Shown here in pieces: positions 39,179-51,269 of a DNA stretch of 64,000 nt (positions within the stretch are counted from its first letter, which is position 1; every line of letters starts with the position of its first letter). Both the position numbers and the translations under genes were made by a program. Source of the DNA: Chrysomallon squamiferum (lineage: Eukaryota; Animalia; Mollusca). Where the stretch lies: assembly GCA_012295275.1 (NCBI GenBank), contig CM022675.1:1736001-1800000 (forward strand). Direction: 5' to 3'. The notes beneath the pieces were generated by a model. That model did not search any database, was not told the DNA's origin, and saw nothing but the letters and a program-made list of their open reading frames with translations.

Positions 39179-40878
39179 TTTCTGATGGACACGGACGCCA
39201 TTTTATTATTATCAGTAATACTGCAATCACATTTTACACTGATTATTGAGCTGTACCTTGTTTGTTTCTTACTAAAATTTGTTTCTAAAGAAACTCTATT
39301 CAAAATTGGTTCTCTCTATCAATAAATATTAAGATTTTTTTATGCTCCAAATTATTTTTAAACTTGTCTAAAATACTATTTTTCTCCAATATTATCTTTT
39401 TCTAACATGAAATAAAATGATAAATGAATGAATGTTATTTTGAGTAGTATTAAAACTTACTTATATATTAACCTGCAAAAGGAATTTCTAAAAAAATATT
39501 ATATTTAACTCCACAGTTGTATCATAGTTTTGACTACTACTCATAGCAAAGAATATAATTTTGTTTTAAATAACAACTTTGACAAGCAGTATTATTGTAA
39601 TATATTAGAAACAGAACCAGAAACAGGCACTGTCAGAGTGGAGTCATGTACTGCTGATAATCAGAAAACTGGAGAAGACAGTGAAACTCTGAAAATCATT
39701 GAAAACAGGTGATACCTTCATTTTAGCACATTTATTTCTTAGAATTTCCGTTCAATCAAACACCTAAATAAGTTGTGTTTTTAACTCGAGAGGGACTCAT
39801 TATTTCTGAAAATAATTTTTTTAAACTGTCATAATTAAATCTGAGTAAAGGGTGTCTACTTGTTCTTAGTTATTTAATATAAATAAACAATTTTGATATA
39901 TTTTAACCACTCTAAAAACGAACATTATTAATATATTCTGAAAAGAAAGTGGATCCATGTTTTGTAATTAATTATCTAGTCATCAATTTGACACCCTCTC
40001 AGAAAGTTTTAATTACACAACCAGGCACTGATGTTTCAGTGGAAATCAAATAATTAAAGAAGAATTATATTTGGTGCTGATTACTGGAAAATTTGGTTCC
40101 TTTACTCAGCTGCCCGTCTTCTGAGATCGGTAAACTGATGATACAGGAGCCTGAAAGATCAGGAAACAACGTCACATTCAAGTTGAAAGCTTTCACCTTT
40201 AACAAAAACAACGCGGTCTCTACAGAATGTTCTGTCAAAGTTTGTCCTCCAGATCAAAAATCTCTGTGTGACCCAGTAAGTTTTATCATTTCTGCTGTTA
40301 CTGTTTTTTTGTATTTCATCTTTCAACAAAGAGACACAGTTAACTTTTCCTATATAATAAAAAATGGCGTAATAAAATTATAGTTTGAGTTAAAATTTTT
40401 ACACAGAAATTTTCAATGTTAGGTGGACTGCAATGGCAAGAAAGGGTTTGGAAGAAAACGAAGATCGGCTGAAACGTCTGATGAACTTGTCAGAAAAACA
40501 TTTTCTGTTCTGGACGTGTTCGTGGAAGATCGAACATCAAGTGAGTTTATGTCAGATCTGTAGCAGTAATTTGTTTTCTTCAACTTAACTCATATTCGTG
40601 ATTAGTTTTATCAGAATAAATCAACATTAAATGCAGATTTTGTTTAATAGATATTAGTTACAAGAAAGAAAACAAGCATGTGATATTTAAAATCTTACTT
40701 CATTCTAGGTAAGAAACATGGATCTGCTCAAGTTGATGTCAACAACACGATTCTGATTGTTCTCTGTGTTGTCATGTTGATCATCTTCTCACTTGTCATT
40801 GGGATTGTGGTGGTCGTCTTCCTGAGGAAGAAAAAGTCCAGTCTGAAGAAGGAAGATGTCAACAAACACCAGATTTAG
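31814..40878 (+). CDS. Type I membrane EGF-like + ZP domain protein (molluscan EGF-ZP/ELDP/gigasin-2-like family) with four SRCR domains inserted in ZP-C; 891 aa
   Basis: Hand-spliced GT-AG exons: 31814-31865, 32529-32651, 32786-32923, 33407-33594, 33824-33978, 34095-34237, 34473-34517, 34740-34881, 35171-35343, 35472-35631, 36084-36232, 36571-36727, 36974-37146, 37343-37499, 38697-38863, 39609-39708, 40110-40275, 40423-40540, 40709-40878. Total 2676 nt, phases consistent, no internal stop. Signal peptide MWISFVYLILLSCSITLG; EGF1 YFDCRRQGQDC..; EGF2 ..CFCPPGFYGDSC; ZP-N EVTCEKSSMLIVI..; ZP-C VRVESCTA..LKAFTF..ECSVKVC; furin site RKRR; TM ILIVLCVVMLIIFSLVIGIVVVVFL. A few acceptors have nearby in-frame alternatives. 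Confidence 0.9.
34473..38863 (+). other. Exons 7-15: linker plus four group-A-like SRCR domains (two exons each), 1323 nt / 441 aa
   Basis: Starts VRLVGGNTSKEGRVEV, LRLVGGNSTQEGNLQV, LRLVGGPSSNYGVVEV and IRLVNGSSKREGRVEI..WGTVCD. The fourth ends FGEGSGPILLRDIHCLGNETSLQQC..DCQHANDAGVIC. Confidence 0.9.
37466..38340 (+). repeat. 61-bp minisatellite derived from the exon 14 / intron 14 junction, about 13-14 copies
   Basis: Unit CAGCTGTTTACTGCAGAATGCTGGGTTTTACTAAGTAAGTTATTAATAATGATTATTATAA at 37466, 37527, 37588 and onward. Confidence 0.93.
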
Positions 40879-41176
40879 TTAACCTGACCAACATTTCACA
40901 TACTGTAGTAGCAAATTGAAGTTAAAAAACTCTTTTGAATTTTATATAGCTTTTCACTTAAATTATTTTAGCTTTTGAACATTTGACTAAGCTTATAACT
41001 CTTTCGTAATTATTACTGTTTTCAGTGTTATTCTTTATTTTATTCTCATTTTTGGAACTATTGTTAATTTGTTTGCTTTACGGAAATTTTAAATAAGTAT
41101 ACATTGTTACTTCTATGACATTGGACACAACTTCGTAATCTTCTGATTTTGTTTTTGTCTTTGTCTCTTTGTTCTT

Positions 41177-41213
<37 letters not shown>

Positions 41214-43149
41214 CTTTCTTCTTCCTTCCTTCCTTATATTTATTATATAATATAAATATATAATATTTAGTATTCAGACATGTAATATACCTGATTATGA
41301 AAACAAAAATAATACGTTAAAGGTTTTCTGTAACATAAATAAATAAATCAGCTGTAAATTTCTAGTTGCAAATATTTAGAAATCAAGTGCAAAATGGTAA
41401 AAAAAAAGCTAAATATTACTACTACTAATAATAATAATAACAACAACAACAACAACAATAACAAAAACTATAATTTTTATTATTATAAGAAGAAAATGAT
41501 GAAAAGAAGAAGAATAAGAACAATTTTAAATTAAAATTTTAAATTAAAATCATAAACAACTTTTCTTATATTTTTTTTTAAATTTTCCTTTTTTTCCCTA
41601 AATTTACTTTGTTCTGTTATTTACGTTATATCATATAATAATACATTATCAGAACATTTCCAAATGCACTTAAAGTTAGTTGTTGGTGTTGGAATTTTTA
41701 TTGATATTATTACTGCTTAGTATCTGAAAATATTAAACTGATTTTATTATGCTTTTACAATGGTTTCGGTTGCCTTAAATAATTGTTTATGTATTTATTC
41801 GGAGTCTTACTTTTTGTCTTCTTTCGCTTTATTGGCATCCATCATAGTTTTATTTCTCATTTATTTCTTTATTTATTTATTTATTTATTTATTTACTTAC
41901 TTACTTACTTACCGATACCTCTTTTTATTGTTTATTTCTTTTATTTATTAGTTATTTATTGTTGCTTTTTTCTACTAAAATTTACTGAATATATTTCATT
42001 AAATTTAGTTGGGTTTTCTTGTTTTTGTTTTTTTGTTTTTAATTATTATTGTTTTATTTTATATTTGCTTTACATTTGGTTTTAACTACAATATATTAAT
42101 GAACCTCTTTTTTCTTGTTTCTTTTTTCATCTTTATATCCGCAATAACTTGAATAAAGCTTGTAGCAAAATGATTGGATGAGTTTTGTTTTGTTTTCTTG
42201 TACCAGTCTGACAGCTCATTTTAGATATGCAGACTTAAAACGTATTCAGGACGAAGAATACTGGTCTGTGTGGGACATGTGGGGGTATTTGGGGGGTTGG
42301 AGGGGTATGTCTTGGGGGTATGTGGGTGTGTTTGGAGGTGTGTGTGTTTGAATGGGTGTGGGTGTGTTAGTGACATAATCTGATGAATTGCTTTTTACGT
42401 GAGGAAGCCCTGTAAGAAGTTTATAGAATAAAAACATTCTCCTTTTTTAATCTGAAGAAACTATATTTATGTTTTGTTTCATATACAATCCCTATGTTTA
42501 CCCCTGGTAAAAATAATACTAAGTCAATGTTTAAAACAAAATTAAAATACATTCTATTCGGCGGTCTTCTGCGCTTTCAAATTTAAATTTACCGCGAATT
42601 TGCTGAAAATGAAAGACATTGTGAAGAGATTGGGAAAGCTTCCGGTTTGCACAAGCAACATCAGTAGTGAAAGTTATACTATTTTATTTATTACAAATTC
42701 GCAGGTGTCATTTACACAAACTTAGGTCATAAGACATGGAAACATAATCGCTTCCATTTTGGTTAGGTGACGTGTAACAAATATTATCACAGTGAAGTAA
42801 TATTTAAGAAATATTATGATCGTGTAATAATGTGCAACAAATTTTATCATCAGGTAACAGTAATACGTAGTCTTTGGTAACCAAGTTACGTCAGCATTCT
42901 CTTGCTGCCATTAGTATCGTCGTTTTCTTGTTGTTGTTGTGTTGTTATTAAAAAAACAACAACAAAAAAGAACACCGTTTCTAAACAATTTAGAGTGAAT
43001 GACTGCAACTTGGGAATATAATCAGAAATGTAGAAATAAAGAGAAATCAGTAATTAAACAAACATTAAATAAACAAAGGAATAAAACATAAAGAAGCAAG
43101 CAAATAATTATACAATTAATATGGCCACTACTGCGACACTATTCTTCTA

Positions 43150-43227
<78 letters not shown>

Positions 43228-43654
43228 GTTGTTGTTATTATTATTATTATATTTGATTTACTAATATTATTTTACCTGATCCACAGGCAAGTAATGACGG
43301 GAGAAAGCATTCGATAACGCTTACTGAATTTTTATTTTACTATACATTTGGCGAAATTATATATACTAATATCAGAAAAATTGTTTTACAATTTCCTCTT
43401 GTTTCAATTTGTTTTCATTTATTTGTATGTATTATTATTAATATTTTATTATTATTATTCAGACACATGTACGAATGAACACACAGAGAGACGGTCACGC
43501 AGACAAAAAGAAAACAAAAATAATAAAATAGAAACACACAAGAAATAAATCATTAAAAAAAATGAAAACACAACAAAATAATAATAATAAATATTTTTCA
43601 TACGTTCTCTTTATATCGAAACATATATGTATGTGTGTGTTTGTATGTATGTGA

Positions 43655-43733
<79 letters not shown>

Positions 43734-43734
43734 T

Positions 43735-44547
43735 TGCAGTTATTTGAAAATTAATGTGCTATACTACATAGTAACACCGACTTTTGTTAATGTTAACTAA
43801 AGTGCTGAAAGTAAATAAACATGTTCTTTAAATTTATTATAAGCAGCAGAGCGAAAAAAGCAATTACAATGAATGTAACTATTTTTCCCTTCTTTTTTCC
43901 GTCACTGATAAGTGTGTGTGTGTGTATGTGTGTGCGTTTCTCTTTATTAAAATCGTTCTGATACATTGAAAAGTAAGAATGTTGTTAAAAATATTAAGTG
44001 CAGTTAACTGAAAACGAAAGCAGTGTATACTTAAAAGTAAACCCCGGTTTTGTTAATGTTAGCTGATGTATGTACGTATGTATGTATGTATGTATGTATG
44101 TATGTATAATCATTTTTGTTCACACGTTTATAATTTTCTTTTTATTTTATTATTATTACTATTATTATTTTTATTTATTTATTTTTTATTTTTGTCAAAC
44201 GTGGTATTAATATTGAAACGTCCATATATATATACTAATTCAATTAATTGAAAATCAATGTACTGTGTATAGAGTAACTCCCAGTTTGTTAATGTTAACT
44301 GAGGTGTGGACAGTAAATAAAAGTCATGTTTCTCTTTCAATCTCTAAAATGTTTATCATTAACTTTTTAGCAACACTGCGATAAAAGCAGTGCATACGTA
44401 CATTGTATGTTCAATTATATTTCCCTTCAGTTTTTGGGTTAGGTGGTTTAAATTTCTTTTCTCGTTTGTCTTCTCATTATCGAAAGGTACCAGTGATTTA
44501 ATGTGTTTGCCCGCCTGTTCCTCTCTGAGTGTGTGTGTGTGTGTGTC

Positions 44548-44628
<81 letters not shown>

Positions 44629-45000
44629 GTTTTAAGAACAGTTAATTGAAAATCAGTGTATTGTATATTACATAGTAACTCCCAGTTTTCTTAGTGTTAG
44701 ATCAGTTGTACTGAGTAACTAAAAGTCTGCTTTGACTTTGAAGTCTATCATTTGTATGAGAAACATTTTAGCAACACTATGAAAAAAGCAATTCATATAT
44801 ATTTATGTATATATAATTATGTTTCTTTTTTTTCAAGACATTTCAACGTCAGTGCACTGTATTTTGCACCGTCGCTCCCACAGTTGTTAAATGTTAACTG
44901 AAGCGTGGATTGTAAATGAAGTGTTCTTTCTTTTTAAACGTATAACATTTGTATTACATTGTAATTAGCAGCAGTGTGATAAAAGCAGTGCACTTGTATT
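43735..45000 (+). repeat. Old degenerate tandem array (about 5 units) with microsatellite-containing spacers
   Basis: GTTAATTGAAAATCA..AGTAACTCCCAGTTT.GTTAATGTTAACTGA-like motif at about 43740, 44003, 44243, 44641 and 44850. Confidence 0.7.
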
Positions 45001-45134
45001 AATGTACGCATGCATCCATTTTTCTGTGTGTACATGTTTCTATCACTGTGCATTCATGTATGTAAGAATATAGGTATGAATGCCGAACTTACATCCATAG
45101 GTATGTTTATATTTTCATGTAGTGGTCTGCCGTA

Positions 45135-45315
45135 TTTACTTCTCATTATACATTACACATAGAAAATATTCGTGAACGCACTGACACAGGAGGACAAAGT
45201 CTAAATACGAACTCACCAACCCCGTCAGATGCTGCTGACGAGATTCGAACCTATGACACCCATTCGCCGGAACTCCGAAGTCTGAAGACGATACCATTCG
45301 ACCATCGAGACAACC
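45135..45315 (-). mobile_element. tRNA-derived SINE (tRNA-Arg-like head) or tRNA pseudogene
   Basis: Minus strand has A-box TGGTCGAATGG, GACTTCGGA (as in the tRNA-Arg-TCG anticodon loop) and B-box GGTTCGAATC. Acceptor and anticodon stems do not pair properly. The 3' extent is approximate. Confidence 0.6.
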
Positions 45316-46253
45316 TGTTTTACTTTTGTCACTGAACATTTAGTCATCGTTCCGTAATGAAGTTGTGATGTTTCTCATAATATAATTAGCAAGATATTCA
45401 CGAAAGTTTTTAAATTCGTTTCCTCCAGTGTGTTTGAACGAATAAAACTGAGCATGACTAACATGGAGGAAATATCTGAACCCCACCTTCTGTCAGACAA
45501 CCAAACTCTACAGTGATATACTCTATCTCACTTCACATTATAACAGCACATCACAACACGTATTATATCAGTTTAATTTAAACTTTGTCAGTATTCCATT
45601 GCTTTTCACAAAATCTGTGTACCATTAAAATATTCATTTTATCTTGAAAATATTCACTTAAACAGACGAAGAGAAAACACGCAAGCAAACAAAGACACAA
45701 AATTTAAATTATAAATAAATAAACAAATAAACAAACAAACAAACAAAGAAATAACGAAATGAAAGATAAACAAAAATAGGACAAACAAATAAATAAGTAA
45801 ACAAATAGAAAAAAAATGAAGTGCATAAAGAATAGAAAATTATAAACTATAAGTAAATAAATAAATGAATAAATAAATAAAAAAAATAAAAGACAAACAC
45901 AAAACTGGAACAAACAAATAAATATCTAAAAATAAAATAAATGAAACATGTATGTATGTATGTATATATATATATATATATATATATAAAACTATTATTA
46001 CAATTAATACTAACAGTCTTGGTACCGTTATTACTTTCATTATTACTACTATTATTAAAACCGCAGATACTATTAATTCTACTATTACTAAGTATATTAC
46101 TACTATGATTATTTTTCTTCTTTTTTGTGACTTTTTTATTGTTAATGAACTGTAATCATTTAGCTTGAAAGAAAGTGCTTGTGAGCGTATGTGTGCCTGC
46201 GCGCGCGCGTGTGCGTTAATGTTGTTGGCAGCATACTGAAGTCAAATGTGCAC

Positions 46254-46303
<50 letters not shown>

Positions 46304-46467
46304 TGTCATTATTATTCGATATATTACCTATTTCGTATCAAAAATGGAACGAGAAGAAACACTGAAAATGAAAGTGAAAATGTTAGACAAGTAAATTCAT
46401 AGCAATTAATTTATATTTAGATATATACAGCTCTGCAGAAAGAAAAAGAGGTAAACATTTATATTAA

Positions 46468-46503
<36 letters not shown>

Positions 46504-46576
46504 AATAACAATAATAATAATAAGTCTGAACACACATACAGCTCATGTATGCTGCAATACTAAAAAGCAGTTATTC

Positions 46577-46678
46577 ATTGGACAGGATGGTTTCTTTGTC
46601 CTTACCATATAAATACAGCTAAACACATCGTGAGATGCAGTTTTATGTTTTATTCTAAACACATTGAACTGTGTAAGT
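46577..46678 (+). promoter_or_regulatory. Putative core promoter and non-coding first exon of the paralog
   Basis: ATTGG at 46577, TATAAATA at 46608-46615, GCAGTT with A at 46639, GTAAGT at 46673. It lies in a block of about 300 bp closely matching 14480-14770. Confidence 0.5.
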
Positions 46679-47744
46679 GAGGACGAAGCGTTTTTTCTGA
46701 GTGTCACAAGAAACAAGGTAGGTTCACGTTACTTTACTTCAGTTAATATGTTTGTGTTGTTTGTACATTATCATGCATCTGACTTTATCAAATGTATGTA
46801 TGTAAATTCTCTATATAATAAAACACATATCAGCTGTTTTAATATTACTTGAGTTTATTCAGTTTTACTTATGTTGTTGTTGTTATTGTTGCTACTGCTG
46901 TCACATAAACCTCAAAGTTAAATTAGCATGCTATTTCATTGTATTACATGATATTGTACTATATTTATTTTATAACAGGCAATTAACCTTCAGAAATCAT
47001 TTCTTTCTTCTTTTTTTTTAATATACGGATTAAGCCCTATCATTTTTAATATTATTATTATTATAATTTTGTTTTATATATCTCATTTTATTTATTTATT
47101 TACTTGTCTGTTTGTTAGTTTTATTTAATTTTATTTCATTTTACTTTACTTTATTTCTTATACTTGAAGTGTCCCTGTGGAGATATTAAGAAAGTAAATA
47201 TTCTCTGTATTATTTTAAATTATGTTAAACCTGCTTTCTGCAGGCTAGTCGTAACTGAGTGTAAAACAAATGGGTACAGTTTAATATATATATAGATATC
47301 TTTCTGTAGTAGTGATGTCACAGCATATGTGGTCTATGTTTTCGCTACAAAAGTCTTCTTGAGTCAGAACAAACTTGTTATAAAGATGTAAAACGAGTGT
47401 TTCAGCTGATTTCACTGCATTGTGTCATTGTCTTATTTTGTTCTGACTAATGGAGGTCGCCCAAAACAGTGGTATAATAAGGTGTTAGTATATCAGATTT
47501 TATTACATCATTTATCACTACTGCCAAATAAACACTTTTAAGTATGCCAAAGCAATACATGGTTCTTATATAAATTTCAGTTAAGTGTGTACAACATCTT
47601 GACAACTGGTGTCAACTAATAAATTAACGCATAAATATAGATGGATAGATATAGATATAGATGGATAGATATAGATATAGATATAGATATAGATATAGAT
47701 ATAGATATAGATATAGATGAATAGATATAGATATAGATATACTG

Positions 47745-48700
47745 ATACACTGAAGCGGATCCGATGAGTTCCTCTCATGTGTGGGGCATCCGCAAAAAGC
47801 TTTTCTCTTCGAGGGTCTCAAGTCGTGTATCTCTATCGGATTTTAAAATGTGGCATCAGACCAAATGAGTACAGGTTTCACTGAAGTGAGGATCGTTTGC
47901 TGTGATAGTGTATTTCGAATGTGCAAAATTATCAGGTGCCATTAAAGTTGAGTGCGGCAAGGCGGTATGTCACATGAATACTGTAAAAAGCCTACTTGAT
48001 ATTGCTGCCAATGAGCACTTTGTATTTCGTCTTGATACTGGCACGTATAGTATAGAAGTGTTCCATAAACAGGGGTAATAAGGAGGAAATGAAAACGCGT
48101 AGATCATTAGTTGATGCATCTTCTACTACTTTTGAAATTGTTTCATCTCAATCAGTGTTTCAGACATCTCAAGTCACTTCCGCTAAGTCATCCATGTCAG
48201 TCATGGCCATAAACGTTATTTTGTCCGTGCTTGCAGTTTTCGTAATTTAGGAGTTTGTGGAAATGTGAATGCTCATTAGTGATCGCTTTTATCCAGGGAT
48301 TTGTCACATTTGAATGCATCCAGTTGTATTGTCTCTGCTCTTCTCACTGCTCTCAACATGCTCCGCGTTCTGCCATCTTCTGTTTCTTTACTCTTCTGTC
48401 TACACATGTCTGTTTTTTTTTTTTTTTGTCTGTTATTAATCTCCATTTTATTATAAAATCTGTAATTACTTTGCAATACTCTGTGTTCTTCTTGGGCTTG
48501 AAATGACAGTTTTTGAGACCAGTGTGAAAAGGTTGAATACACAAACTTTATTTATTTTGAACACGTTCCCTCATGAACGTGGTGTACATTTTTTCTTTAA
48601 AAACTGAAGAATTGTGGGTAAAAACGTCATTGTGCTGCAGGTGACCTCACTGTGTTTGGCGAAACCATCTTCTGTTCACAAATGTAAATAAATAAGTCGG
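47745..48700 (-). mobile_element. Possible heavily decayed transposon coding remnant
   Basis: Non-repetitive, higher-GC island with broken frames. The minus-strand peptide FYSIHVTYRLAALNFNG resembles the LAAL(H/N)FN motif of some Mutator-like transposases. Weak evidence. Confidence 0.25.
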
Positions 48701-49731
48701 TGGTAGTAAAAAATGTCCTCATTTATATGAATGCTAAAGTGTCCTGCTCTCTCTCAAGTACACATAACAAAATTTGATGTATTTTTTAACTTTGCCTTGG
48801 CTAGTAATAAGAGTTAGAAACTACATGATTATCTTCTCACAATGTAGATTTAAAAACAAAAAAATATATTAATATTTTAATTTATTATTATTATTTTTTT
48901 ATGATGGACTGGACTCATTGTTTTAAATCCAATATTTAGTTAGCTATTTCCAAGAATTACCTTAAACTGACTTGTTTTTTAAACAGATGCTGTGACATTA
49001 TAAACTCACTGAAATGAACTACCAAAGCGAGTTTAGTGTGAGTGTTTTAATATTCTTAATACTCCTGTTTTGTGTTGTCTTTAGTAGTAAAATTACATAA
49101 CGCGTCTTCAGATTGACAAAGCAAAAATAAGCAGTAAAAATAATCTTCATTATTTTATGTAAGTGTTCTCCTTTTGTTCCCTGGGCAATGGAATTGTCCA
49201 TACAGTTTCCAGTATTCAGGCATGGATTTACAGTACACATATACTTATCTGTGTGTGCGTGCGTGCGTGTGTGTCTGCGTGTGTGTGTGTGTGGTTTATT
49301 TATATGTATAGACTCAAGGTGTCATATTATTAATGTATGTGTTGCTCTCTATCACAGTCTGTTTTAGACGTTTAGATGAACTGTTACACGGTTGAACAAT
49401 TTCAAATGTATGATGGCGCAGGGCTCACCAAAGTTAAGCTAACAGAAAGGAAAGAGTAAATTTGGAAAAGATTCACAGGAAATTTAATTGTGATAAATGT
49501 TTTAAAAAGAAACAAAATATCTTTTTCTAGTAGACTGATTCGTGCTACACATGGGGACTCAGTTTGGTTGGACTTTTACAAATAAAACTTTTAACAACGA
49601 AAAGTTATACATGTTTATTAATTTCAGGTTAGACTAATATAAAAGATCACAGCTCCTTATATTTGTCATTTTCAGTTTAAATTTACTTACTCACTTATTT
49701 AATTAATTTGCTTTTTCAGTATACTCTAAAG

Positions 49732-50255
49732 ATGTGGATATCATTCGTGTATCTGATACTTCTAACTAGTTGTTTTATTGCAGTTAACTTTTTCTGTTTT
49801 CTTTTATGTGTGTGTGTGCATTCCTGTTCTTAAATAAATTATTTAAAAAGTTAAATATAATATAAAAATACATAATTTAAATAGTAAAATATGATTAAAA
49901 ATAAAAATAAAAATTCATTTTATAACAGTATTCACTATTTTATTATTATTGCTGTTGTTATTGTCGTTGTCGTCGTCGTTGTTGTTGTTTCTTCTATTTT
50001 GTTAGTTTTAATTAAATCTGTCAAAGATATACTTTCTTCTTGTTTAATTAGTTGTCAGTTACATGGGTTAAGCTATTTTAAAATGTTGTTTACAGGTGAA
50101 GAGTACTTCGACTGCAGACGACAGGGATAGGATTGTGCTAATAATAAAACTTGTCAAAATGACGGCACCTGTGACTGTGGAAATGACTACACTAGCTACA
50201 ACTGTCAGCTGCAGAAAAGTGAGTTATTGTTCTGACAAATGTTTTCCGTGATAAA

Positions 50256-50296
<41 letters not shown>

Positions 50297-51084
50297 ATAA
50301 TAATAATAATAATAATAATAATAGTAGTAATAATAATAATAATAATGGTAATAATAAACAACTTAAGAAATTTATCTAAACTGCAGAATCACAAATTTGT
50401 GTTTTCAGGTTTGAGTGGTTCAAGTCCGTGTACCAATCAGACTGACTCTTGTGGCTCTGATGGAGGTATCTGTTACAATGATAATGGAAACAAGGCGTGT
50501 TTCTGTCCACCTGGTTTCTATGGTGACCACTGTGAAAACAGAAGATGTGAGTTATTAACTTCGATTATAATAACAAATAATGATAACAATAATAATAATA
50601 ATTATAATAACAATAACAACAACAACAATAACAGTAAAGCAAGTGTTCACTTTGTTTATGATAAAAAGTAATATGTTTATATCAAATTATTTTTTATGTT
50701 TACCAACGAATATCAGTATTTTTAATTCCTATTTCATTATATGAATTTTAACTTGTATTCCAGTAGCTGAAATATAATTATATACATTTGATTGTGTAAC
50801 CATCAGTCTATATTTATATTCAGGATTAATATAATAAGGTTAAGAATTTCAATCACGTACTTCAGTTTAATTTTAGGGAAGCTTTTCTATTGTTCTGTAT
50901 TATCCTTTAAACTAATGCTTATTTTTGACAGTACAAACATTTATTTGGCTAAAATTATTGGCTTGTTTGTTGCTGTTGTTTGTTTTGTTGTTGTTGTTTG
51001 TTTTGTTATTGTTGTTTGTTTTGTTATTGTTGTTATTGTTTTTGAGTTGCTTTTCATTTTTTTATTTTTTTCCATCTGCAAGAA

Positions 51085-51134
<50 letters not shown>

Positions 51135-51205
51135 GTTATATATCAGCATTCACTTAAATTCATTCAGTCGTTTGTTTTAAATATTATTACTGTTACTATT
51201 ATTAC

Positions 51206-51269
<64 letters not shown>

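Noticed and set aside
45230-45315. Functional tRNA
   Set aside because: A and B boxes are present but the cloverleaf stems do not pair; treated as a SINE head or pseudogene.
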